A stretch of 32,330 nt of DNA. Source: Patescibacteria group bacterium. GTDB lineage: Bacteria; Patescibacteriota; Minisyncoccia; Phycocordibacterales; UBA2100. Below are positions 24,792 to 32,175 of this stretch, in pieces. A model generated the notes under the pieces. The model was not told where the DNA came from. It ran no database searches and worked only from the letters and a program-made list of their open reading frames with translations. Position 1 is the stretch's first letter. Every line of letters starts with the position of its first letter. The stretch covers positions 1 through 32,330 of the forward strand of contig WFWK01000073.1 in NCBI GenBank assembly GCA_015491135.1, read 5' to 3'. Position numbers and translations under genes: made by a program.

Positions 24792-26948
24792 CTAACTTTT
24801 TGCAACAGAGAGCGCTTCTTCCAGCTTAACGGATAGGAGTTTTGAAACACCGTCTGCACCCATGGTAACTCCGTAGAGCTCACCTGCCGAGACCATCGTT
24901 TCGCGATTGTGAGTAATTAAAATAAGCTGGCTTTTTTGAGAGAGTTTGACTATCATCTCGGCGTAGCGTCTGCTGTTTGCCTCATCAAGCGCAGCGTCTG
25001 TCTCATCCAAAATCAAAAACGGTGGCGGATTCACTTGACTCATGGCAAAAATCAAAGCAATGGAAGTAAGGGCTCTCTCTCCCCCGGAGAGAGCTTCCAA
25101 AGTTGAGACTTTTTTTCTTGGAATCGCTACCGCAATCTCTATTCCGTCTTTTGCATCTTCTTGAGTATCCTCTTTTACAAGTTTTAACTTTGCTGTCCCT
25201 CCGCCAAACAAAATTGCAAAAAATTCCGCAAACACCTCGTTTATTTTCAAAATCCCACTTTCAAAACGCAGGGACAATTCTTTGTCTATATCTTTTATAA
25301 GCTGAACAAGCTTAGTGCCACTGGTTTTCAAATCTGCCAATTCCCCTTCCAAAAACTCAATTCTCTCTTTTACTTGTTTATACTCATCAACAAAAGCTTC
25401 ATCAACACTCCCCAACTCTTCAAGCAATATTTTTTTCTTTTGGATCGCGTTTTTTAAAGCGCTTGCCTCCTGCGCGCTTATTTTTTCATTTGACTCAACC
25501 GGTCTTATACCCAAAGCTATAATCTCGGCAACATCCTCCTCAAATTTGGATTTACGCTCTTGAAGTTCTTTCTCTTTTATCTCCAACAGGTTCATTTCGT
25601 TTTTCAACTCTTGCAGCTGCGCTGACTTTTGAGCAATTTCAATTTGTATTTTATATACATCGTCTTTGTTTTGACCCTCTTGTTTTTGTAAAGCAAGTCT
25701 TTTGTCAAAAAGCTGTTTTAACTGGCCGTCTATTTCGTTTTTTTCTTTTTCAAGTTGGGTTTTTTGTTGCAGTATTTTTTGTCTTTGCAAAGAAATGTCA
25801 TTTGGAACACTTTGACCTCCAGTTAAATCAAAATCTGCCAAAAACTTTGTCAAAGAAGAAACCGCATGCTCTATGGAGTGCTTCAGTATCGCCGGGCTTG
25901 CCTCAGAGAGAGATATTTTCAAATCGGAAAGCAAAGAGCGCAAAAACAGCAGCTTTTCTTTTGAAACAGTAAATTGACTGTTTGTTTGTCTCCCGGTTGG
26001 TAACACCTCCAGCTTTCCGTCCAAAACCCCCAAAAGATGCAAAATTTCATTTTTTCTGTCCTGCAATTTTTCAATTTGTTTGTTGATTTTTTGCAACTCT
26101 TTTTCGGTCTCTTTATCTTGCTTTGGTTTTTGTTTAAGTTGAGCTAGTTTTGCTTTAAGGGTTTCAATCTCTTTTTCAAGAGATGTTATTTTTTGTTTGG
26201 GAATGTCTTTTGAGTTTTTAATGTGGCTTTCCAGCTCTTGCAAATAGCTGTTTTCAAAAGTGAAATACAAAGAGAATTCTTTTTTAAGGGAGTCTTTCAA
26301 CTCTTGCGCTTTTTGTCTTTTTTCCATTTGTCTTTGCAAAAAAGAAAAACGCGGTTTTATCTCTCTTATTGAAGCTTCAACTTCTTGAATATGCACGGAA
26401 GTCTGCTTGAGTTTGCGAAAAGCTTCGTTTTTTCTGTAGTGAAAAATCCTCAGCCCAAGCGCATCTTCCAGAATTTCTCTTCTCTGAAGCGGAGTCGCAT
26501 TTAATATCCTGTCGGCCTCTCCTTGAGATATTATGTGATGCCCGGAAGAGCCTATATTTGCCGAGGCCAAAAGTGTAACAACATCTTTCAGTCTTACTTT
26601 TGATTTGTTTATAAAGTATTCGTTTGTTCCGTCTCTGTATACAATTCTCTCTATAACAACCTCATCAAAATCTATATCAAGTATTTTGTTGGAATTATCA
26701 AAAACAACTTTGACAGATGCTCTGTTTGCACGTGGAATTGATTTATTGCCGGCCCAAATCAAATCCTCTCCCCTTTTACAGCGCAAAGATTTCATTGACT
26801 GCTCGCCTAGCACAAAACGAAAAGCCTCCGCAACATTGCTTTTTCCGGAACCGTTTGGCCCGACTATCGCAACAGTGGGAGAATCAATCAAAATCTCACT
26901 CTTTCTTGCAAAAGATTTAAAACCGTTCAGCTCAATTGACTTTAACAT
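24792..26948 (-). CDS. smc: SMC-family ATPase, short form (718 aa) with no recognisable hinge
   Basis: The N-terminal head reads IELNGFKSFA...VGPNGSGKSNVAEAFRFVLGEQS. The C-terminal head reads LSGGERALTSIALIFAM...PPFLILDETDAALD. The middle is K/E/L/Q coiled-coil. The start is ATG 26948 (MLKSIELNG). Confidence 0.85.
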   Translation of the reverse strand: MLKSIELNGFKSFARKSEILIDSPTVAIVGPNGSGKSNVAEAFRFVLGEQSMKSLRCKRGEDLIWAGNKSIPRANRASVKVVFDNSNKILDIDFDEVVIERIVYRDGTNEYFINKSKVRLKDVVTLLASANIGSSGHHIISQGEADRILNATPLQRREILEDALGLRIFHYRKNEAFRKLKQTSVHIQEVEASIREIKPRFSFLQRQMEKRQKAQELKDSLKKEFSLYFTFENSYLQELESHIKNSKDIPKQKITSLEKEIETLKAKLAQLKQKPKQDKETEKELQKINKQIEKLQDRKNEILHLLGVLDGKLEVLPTGRQTNSQFTVSKEKLLFLRSLLSDLKISLSEASPAILKHSIEHAVSSLTKFLADFDLTGGQSVPNDISLQRQKILQQKTQLEKEKNEIDGQLKQLFDKRLALQKQEGQNKDDVYKIQIEIAQKSAQLQELKNEMNLLEIKEKELQERKSKFEEDVAEIIALGIRPVESNEKISAQEASALKNAIQKKKILLEELGSVDEAFVDEYKQVKERIEFLEGELADLKTSGTKLVQLIKDIDKELSLRFESGILKINEVFAEFFAILFGGGTAKLKLVKEDTQEDAKDGIEIAVAIPRKKVSTLEALSGGERALTSIALIFAMSQVNPPPFLILDETDAALDEANSRRYAEMIVKLSQKSQLILITHNRETMVSAGELYGVTMGADGVSKLLSVKLEEALSVAKS

Positions 26949-27047
26949 TGCTATATTGTAACAGAAAAACGAAAGTTTATAATTCACAAATTCGGAAAAT
27001 TGTCAAAATAAACAAAGCGCTTATTTGGGAACAGGTCTGGTGCAAAA

Positions 27048-27737
27048 CTACCAACCCTTCACTTCAAGAGCCTTCCTTGCGGCAGCTCGTTCGGCCTCTT
27101 GTTTGCTTCTACCCTTACCCAAGGCCACCTGCTCATCTCCTAAAGAGACCGCAACCACAAAAGTCTTATCATGATCGGGACCACTTTCATCTACAGTTGT
27201 ATAAGTTGGTGTTATCCCCACCTTCTCTTGCGCAGCTTCTTGAAAAGCGCTTTTTGCATCAAGCCAGAGTTTTTTCTCTATAACCTCATCTATTTTCGGA
27301 TAGATATGCTTTGCAATAAATCTCTCCGCCACTTCATATCCTTGATCCAAATAAATCGCGCCTATAACCGCTTCAAAAGTGTTTGCCAAAATATACTCTC
27401 TTGCTCGTCCGGTGTCTTTGGCCTCACCTTTTGAAAGGAGCAAAAAATCATTCATACCAAGCTTGCGCGCCTCCTCGGATATACTTTGAGTGTTCACAAG
27501 AGCCGCTCTATATGCCGTAAGTTCACCTTCCGGCTTTTGCGGAAATTTATCATATAAAAACCTCGTTACCGCAAGCTCAAGCACCGCGTCTCCCAAAAAC
27601 TCCAATCTCTCGTTGTGTTCTTTTGCTTCGTATTTATGCTCGTTTATCCACGAACGGTGAGTAAAAGCCGTTTTTAACAACTCTTTATCTTTAAAGTTTA
27701 CGCCTATTTTTTGTTCAAACTCTGAAAAATCTTTCAT
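27048..27737 (-). CDS. rnc: Ribonuclease III
   Basis: The signature ERLEFLGDAVLEL is present, and the C-terminal dsRBD reads GPDHDKTFVVAVSLG...GKGRSKQEAERAAARKAL. Confidence 0.95.
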   Translation of the reverse strand: MKDFSEFEQKIGVNFKDKELLKTAFTHRSWINEHKYEAKEHNERLEFLGDAVLELAVTRFLYDKFPQKPEGELTAYRAALVNTQSISEEARKLGMNDFLLLSKGEAKDTGRAREYILANTFEAVIGAIYLDQGYEVAERFIAKHIYPKIDEVIEKKLWLDAKSAFQEAAQEKVGITPTYTTVDESGPDHDKTFVVAVSLGDEQVALGKGRSKQEAERAAARKALEVKGW

Positions 27738-27741
27738 AAGC

Positions 27742-28635
27742 TTATTTTGTTTTTTTGGAAGCTAATATGTTAACAGCTTTCGTGATAATCGGCAAAATAT
27801 CATCATAGAAATTCAAGTCAACAATGTCTTTTAGCTTAAACCACTGACCATCATCAAGCCCGCCATCTGTTTTCGGCTTAACGTCTTGAAACGGCGCTTT
27901 GGCCAAATGATAAACCGCGTGTCTGATTTTCTTTCCAAATTCAGGATCGGAAGCTTTATACTCGTTCTCGCCCAAAAAATCTTCCACCTCAACCGGAAGG
28001 CCGAGCTCTTCTTGTACTTTTCTTTTTATACCGTCTTCTGTTGTTTCATTTTCCTGAAGTTTGCCTTTAGGGAGAGTCCAGTGACCGAAAATATCATGCA
28101 CCAGCGCAACATAAAATTCCCCTTCATGCTCGGAGTAGACAACCGCTCCCACCAACTCCTCTTTTGGCAACTCTTTCGGTTTTGTCTCCTCCTCTGAGAT
28201 AATTCCGCTTTCAAGCATTTCTCTGTAGACAGCACCCAAGACACCATTTACAAACTTACCACTGGAGTCTCCACCAAACTCTTTAGCAAGCTCTATTGCT
28301 TCGTTTATGGCAACCTTTGGAGGTACTTGTTCTCTATCGGCAAACAAAAGCTCGGCAAGACCTATACGTAAAATATTTCTGTCCACTATGGCGATTTTCT
28401 CAAGTGGCCACTCGGGCGCAGCTTTCTGTATTATCTCATTTAGCTCTTCGTATTTGGATAAAACCAAATCAAGAAGTTTTTTCATGAACGGAAAAATTGT
28501 TTTATCGGGGGCAAACTCGGCGACATTTTCAAGAAAAACTTTTTCAACATCTTCTTTTGAGCGAGTACCGCCCATTGCGTCTGTTTCAAATAGTGTTTGT
28601 AAAACAACTGAACGCCCTAAGTGTCTGTTTGCCAT
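27742..28635 (-). CDS. nusB: NusB (N-terminal, about 140 aa) fused to a Nudix hydrolase domain (C-terminal, about 140 aa)
   Basis: The NusB blocks are RSVVLQTLFETD and AIVDRNILRIGLAELLF...PPKVAINEAIELAKEFGGDSSGKFVNGVLGAV. After a linker, the Nudix box GKLQENETTEDGIKRKVQEELGL follows. It is a single uninterrupted 297-aa frame. Confidence 0.85.
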   Translation of the reverse strand: MANRHLGRSVVLQTLFETDAMGGTRSKEDVEKVFLENVAEFAPDKTIFPFMKKLLDLVLSKYEELNEIIQKAAPEWPLEKIAIVDRNILRIGLAELLFADREQVPPKVAINEAIELAKEFGGDSSGKFVNGVLGAVYREMLESGIISEEETKPKELPKEELVGAVVYSEHEGEFYVALVHDIFGHWTLPKGKLQENETTEDGIKRKVQEELGLPVEVEDFLGENEYKASDPEFGKKIRHAVYHLAKAPFQDVKPKTDGGLDDGQWFKLKDIVDLNFYDDILPIITKAVNILASKKTK

Positions 28636-28711
28636 ATAAAGAACTTACTTTTAATGTAGATAGTATAACAGCCAAAGCGTTACTTGCAAGATGGTTTAGT
28701 TTAAAATTTGC

Positions 28712-28745
28712 GTAAAACAAAAACCGACTATTTGTCGGTTTTTGT
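28712..28745 (-). terminator. Hairpin terminator overlapping the rpmF stop
   Basis: AAACCGAC (28721-28728) pairs with GTCGGTTT (28734-28741) as an 8-bp stem around a 5-nt loop (TATTT). A T-run follows on the - strand. Confidence 0.6.
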
Positions 28746-29066
28746 TTTTTTCTCACTCTTTGTATCTTTGGTCTTTTTTTCAGCTTTTTCAGATGCTTTT
28801 TTGCTTTCTGAGCTTTCACTGTTTGAGACTTCTTGTTCCTGTTGCATCTCCTCAAGTTTTGCTTGCTTTTTTTGAAGTCTCTTTTCGGCCAAAGCGACAA
28901 CATCTATAATTTGCTTTCCTCTGTAGAACCCGCATTCCGGACACATTCTGTGTCTTAGGTGGTAAGCTCCACAATTTGAGCACTTGGAAAGACGCGCCCC
29001 TTTAAGAGCATGATGACTTCTTCTATTATCCCGATGCGCTCGGGTTACTCTCATTCTCACTACCAT
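28728..29066 (-). CDS. rpmF: 50S ribosomal protein L32 (zinc-ribbon form) with a K/E-rich C-terminal extension
   Basis: RVTRAHRDNRRSHHAL and CSNCG...CPECG are typical of L32. The tail of about 55 aa is low-complexity (KKQAKLEEMQQEQE...KKTKDTKSEKKTKTDK). Confidence 0.9.
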   Translation of the reverse strand: MVVRMRVTRAHRDNRRSHHALKGARLSKCSNCGAYHLRHRMCPECGFYRGKQIIDVVALAEKRLQKKQAKLEEMQQEQEVSNSESSESKKASEKAEKKTKDTKSEKKTKTDK

Positions 29067-29190
29067 GAAAAAGGATTATACCAACATTAACAGCGTTTGC
29101 AAGCTTTTTATGTCAACCTCTACTTTACACAACAGCGCAAATAAGTATACTCAATCTCGGAGTAGTCAACCTCAAACAGGAGGATTTTCC

Positions 29191-29532
29191 ATGAGTGGTA
29201 GAAAGTGGAGCAAAAAAGAAGACGAACTTCTTTTGAGATATATACAAGAAGGGCTCTCGGCGCGTCAAATCGGCGAAAAGCTGGGTCGTTCAAAAAACGC
29301 AGTATGTGGTCGCCTTGCAAGACTGCGCAAGATCTCTTCTGAACACTTAACTCAAGATGCGCATTTTTCCGCCACAGCAGAGGCGGTATACTCGCTTAAG
29401 CCAAATCAGTGTAGGTTTCCACTGGGTAATCCTGGAGATGAAAATTTCAATTTTTGCTCTAACAAAGCTTCTCCAGGGAAGTCATACTGCAAACACCATT
29501 ATTCTATAGCATATGTACATTTAAAAAGATAA
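29191..29532 (+). CDS. GcrA-family protein (113 aa)
   Basis: The N-terminal HTH-like region WSKKEDELLLRYIQEGLSARQIGEKLGRSKNAVCGRLARL and the C-terminal CRFPLGNPGDENFNFCSNKASPGKSYCKHHYSIAY match both conserved GcrA blocks. An AGGAGG RBS lies before the ATG at 29191. Confidence 0.8.
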   Translation: MSGRKWSKKEDELLLRYIQEGLSARQIGEKLGRSKNAVCGRLARLRKISSEHLTQDAHFSATAEAVYSLKPNQCRFPLGNPGDENFNFCSNKASPGKSYCKHHYSIAYVHLKR

Positions 29533-29535
29533 AAA

Positions 29536-29571
29536 TAAAAACCGTCACATAATCAAATGTGGCGGTTTTTT
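29536..29571. terminator. Bidirectional terminator
   Basis: AAAAA-ACCGTCACAT-AATCAA-ATGTGGCGGT-TTTTT forms a 10-bp stem with one G.U pair, between convergent genes. Confidence 0.75.
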
Positions 29572-30052
29572 ATACTTGTTTCTTCAGAAGATAGCACACA
29601 AATAAAAGTTGTAGAACTATCGCCCCTATTCCAACATAAAGTTGATACTGCAAAAGAAAAGTCAGTGCCCCAAAGCCCAAACCAAACAAGGCGACAATGG
29701 GAGCGACACAGCCGGCACAAGTGGCGGTTGCCACTATTGAAGCTAAAACTCCCGAAAGGGAACCGAAAATCGCACTTCCTCCGACTTCAGCTGGTGAGCA
29801 AACTTTTTTTCTGTTTATTTGACTGTAGTAGCTAACCAGCAAAAGAGCTGAAGTTGAAGCTGAAAGTAAAACAAGCATTACAAAATCAATTGCATTGTAG
29901 GTTTGTATTTGAAAGAGTAAGTCATTGCCCATTATGGTAAAAACCGGGAAAAGCACATAAATACTCAAAAAAAGCGCCAGAAGCAGAATAAAACTAACTT
30001 TATACTTTTTTATGATACTTCCCAGTTTATAAATGGTTTTCAAACACGACAT
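29570..30052 (-). CDS. Four-TM membrane protein with an intramembrane CxxC (CAGC)
   Basis: There are four hydrophobic segments, with ATATCAGCVAPIVALFG in the third. Additional Cys residues occur, for example in KKVCSP. It is the last gene of the csoR operon, 2 nt after the HMA gene. Confidence 0.7.
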   Translation of the reverse strand: MSCLKTIYKLGSIIKKYKVSFILLLALFLSIYVLFPVFTIMGNDLLFQIQTYNAIDFVMLVLLSASTSALLLVSYYSQINRKKVCSPAEVGGSAIFGSLSGVLASIVATATCAGCVAPIVALFGLGFGALTFLLQYQLYVGIGAIVLQLLFVCYLLKKQV

Positions 30053-30054
30053 GA

Positions 30055-30414
30055 TTACAACATGCTAATAAAATCCCATACAACAAATAAAATAATTACA
30101 AATGCAAATATTATTATTCCCCAAAACTTTTTCCCTCTCTTTCTCTTATCTTTGAGTCCTGCTAAAACAGCACCTTCAGCGCATGTCGCGTAAGATTGTG
30201 TTTTTTTAAGAATGCTTTGCGCTTCTTTGGAGCCTTCCTCCGGATACCCTATCTTTGCCAAAATTTTCACTACTTTTTCCCTATCACCAACAAAGCACAC
30301 CTTGCCTTTCTCTACGGATACGTTTACATTTGTTACTCCGGCTTCAGATAGAGCTTTTTTAATTGACTCTTCGCACCCGCCACATTTTAAATTTACAACT
30401 TTTATACACTCCAT
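30055..30414 (-). CDS. Heavy-metal-associated (HMA) domain protein with a C-terminal TM anchor
   Basis: The N-terminus VVNLKCGGCEESIKKAL carries the CxxC metal site in a ferredoxin-like HMA pattern. The C-terminus is FWGIIIFAFVIILFVVWDFI. Confidence 0.8.
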   Translation of the reverse strand: MECIKVVNLKCGGCEESIKKALSEAGVTNVNVSVEKGKVCFVGDREKVVKILAKIGYPEEGSKEAQSILKKTQSYATCAEGAVLAGLKDKRKRGKKFWGIIIFAFVIILFVVWDFISML

Positions 30415-30433
30415 GCTTGTTTTAAAGGCTTAA

Positions 30434-31165
30434 CTACTTTGAAAGAGCAGAATCTATAATAGATTTTACCGCCTCATAAGGTTGCGCTCCATTTATTGGA
30501 GCAACAGGTTTACCATCAAGCAATACTATACTCCAAGGTGTTCCTCTACCTCCGGTTTCAACAGCATTTGTGAAATCTTCTTGAACATCTTTGTCAAATT
30601 CTCCGCTTGTATAGCAACTGTCAAACGCTTTTTTATCAACTCCCGCAAAAGCTACAAGCCTTTCCAGCTCATCATCAATATTCCATTGGTCATTTGAAGG
30701 TGTTGTTCTAAAGTATTCATCTGTAAATTTCCAAAACGCATCATTGCCTCCCAGTTTGGCAACACACTCGCTTGCTATTGCCGCTTTGCGTGCGTTGCGC
30801 GGGTGCAACTGCTCAAGCGGGAAATGTCTGTACACCCATGCAACCTCCCCTTTCGGTCCGTACTCTTGAATAATCTTATTCATAACACCATGAAATCTTT
30901 GACAAAACGGACACTCAAAATCGGAATATTCAACAATTTTCAGTTTGGCGTCAGGATTTCCTTTTATGTGATCTTTGTTTGTAACTTTGTTAATTTTCTC
31001 TAGATTGACCTGCGCTTCCGCTGCATCAGGCGACCCTGCTGTATTGGTCTGAGAAGAAGATTTACTAAGAGCTAAAAACAACGAGCCGGCAATAAGAGCT
31101 CCTGCTATCACTATAGCCACAGGAATTGCATAATTTCCTTTTGTGTAATTTATTTGTGTACTCAT
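30434..31165 (-). CDS. DsbA-family thioredoxin-fold oxidoreductase, N-terminally membrane-anchored
   Basis: The TM helix is AIPVAIVIAGALIAGSLFLAL. The active site CPFC lies in YSDFECPFCQRFH. A cis-Pro region (GTPW) is present. Confidence 0.85.
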   Translation of the reverse strand: MSTQINYTKGNYAIPVAIVIAGALIAGSLFLALSKSSSQTNTAGSPDAAEAQVNLEKINKVTNKDHIKGNPDAKLKIVEYSDFECPFCQRFHGVMNKIIQEYGPKGEVAWVYRHFPLEQLHPRNARKAAIASECVAKLGGNDAFWKFTDEYFRTTPSNDQWNIDDELERLVAFAGVDKKAFDSCYTSGEFDKDVQEDFTNAVETGGRGTPWSIVLLDGKPVAPINGAQPYEAVKSIIDSALSK

Positions 31166-31198
31166 AATATTTTGTTAATTGATAATAAAATTTTTAAT

Positions 31199-31477
31199 TT
31201 ATCTGCGTGATGACTTGTAAATATTCATTATCTCTTTCGTTGCTTTGCTTACTTTGCCGGATTTTATAAGAGATACCACACATGTTCTAAGGTGATTCTC
31301 CAAAAGCTCCGCTTCAAAAGAAAGCAAAGCCTTCTGCGCCGCTTGCGACTGGGTAATTATTTCAACGCAGTATTCATCATTTTCAACCATTTTATATATG
31401 CCACGCACTTGACCTTCAATTCTGCGCAAACGATTTAGCAATTTCTTTTTTACTTTTTCATTTTCATCGCAATGCAT
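31199..31477 (-). CDS. csoR: CsoR/RcnR/FrmR-family metal-sensing transcriptional repressor
   Basis: LLNRLRRIEGQVRGIYKMVENDEYCVEIITQSQAAQKAL...ENHLRTC is the typical DUF156 helix bundle, with Cys...His...Cys ligand positions. Confidence 0.88.
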   Translation of the reverse strand: MHCDENEKVKKKLLNRLRRIEGQVRGIYKMVENDEYCVEIITQSQAAQKALLSFEAELLENHLRTCVVSLIKSGKVSKATKEIMNIYKSSRR

Positions 31478-31486
31478 GTGCCAAGT

Positions 31487-31507
31487 ATATACCCCTCTAG
31501 GGTATAT
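31487..31507. promoter_or_regulatory. CsoR-type operator (8-5-8 inverted repeat)
   Basis: ATATACCC-CTCTA-GGGTATAT lies 10-30 nt upstream of the csoR ATG. It has the ATACCC...GGGTAT architecture described for CsoR operators. A possible -35 TTGTGA and -10 TTTAAT lie just upstream on the - strand. Confidence 0.6.
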
Positions 31508-31538
31508 GCAAATTAAAAACTGTGGATAAATATTTCAC

Positions 31539-31570
31539 AAAAAAACGCGCGCCACCGTAGGTAGCGCGCG
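31539..31570 (-). terminator. Rho-independent terminator of the G+C-rich ORF
   Basis: CGCGCGC (31546-31552) pairs with GCGCGCG (31564-31570) around an 11-nt loop. TTTTTTT follows on the - strand (31545-31539). Confidence 0.6.
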
Positions 31571-31577
31571 CTGCGCG

Positions 31578-32096
31578 TCAAAGAACTGCCACCGCCTCTC
31601 TGCGCCGGCGGACAGCCCGCACCGGCGCCGAGAAAACGGCAAAGAGGGCGAGAGCGACCAGCTGCCCAACCAGGGCAAACACCCCGAGAGCGAGTGCCCT
31701 GCCAAGCAGCTCCTCCCCGACAAGCCCCCAGATGCTTCCGGGGGCAAGCAGGGAAGCGAGCGCCTGCGCCACAGTCCCCGCCGTCTCAAAGACGGCATTA
31801 AAAAGATGTGGCGCAAGCACGGCGCTGCCAACCGCTCCGGCTATGCCGAGGGTATGTCCCACGGCAAGCCGGAGTGGCAACAGCAGCCGCCCTGCCGAGA
31901 CGGCCAGGGCCGCCTGGGCAGTAAGTATTGCCACCGCCACAGTCAGCCCCAGCCCTGAGAGGGCCAGCCGAGCAAGAGCAATCTCGCCCTCGCCCAGTCC
32001 CGCCTGCCGGGCAACATCGGGCCAGCGCCCGGCGAGGCGGAGTGCCACCCTTACCCCTTCGGCTCTACTCCTCTTTTGTGCCCTCACCACTGTCAT
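31578..32096 (-). CDS. Hypothetical Ala/Leu/Gly/Arg-rich membrane protein (172 aa), compositionally foreign
   Basis: There are about 4 hydrophobic segments. First codon positions are strongly G-enriched (GCC/GTG/GGG/CTG codons). It has its own terminator. Hand counts give 39/60 and 47/60 G+C inside, against 20/60 just outside. No Shine-Dalgarno sequence is evident before the ATG. Confidence 0.6.
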   Translation of the reverse strand: MTVVRAQKRSRAEGVRVALRLAGRWPDVARQAGLGEGEIALARLALSGLGLTVAVAILTAQAALAVSAGRLLLPLRLAVGHTLGIAGAVGSAVLAPHLFNAVFETAGTVAQALASLLAPGSIWGLVGEELLGRALALGVFALVGQLVALALFAVFSAPVRAVRRRREAVAVL

Positions 32097-32175
32097 CTGT
32101 GGTGTGGGCGGTTGCCAATTTTTTTTATATTACACCATAAATATATAGCTCAGTCAATATAGTACACAGATCAAA

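Noticed and set aside
31535-32148. Other long ORFs in the G+C-rich block (31535..31831 -, 31732..32148 +, 31928..32140 +), and the idea that the block is a large structured RNA
   Set aside because: Multiple open frames are expected in high-G+C DNA. Only the 31578..32096 frame shows G-rich first codon positions and TM-helix periodicity. I found no RNase P (GGAAAGUCC), tmRNA or SRP signatures on either strand.
31500-32150. G+C-rich block as an assembly chimera
   Set aside because: It is internal to the contig, with native-looking AT-rich DNA, a promoter-like element and a terminator on both sides, which is unlike a contig-end join. This still needs read-level confirmation, which is listed as a check.
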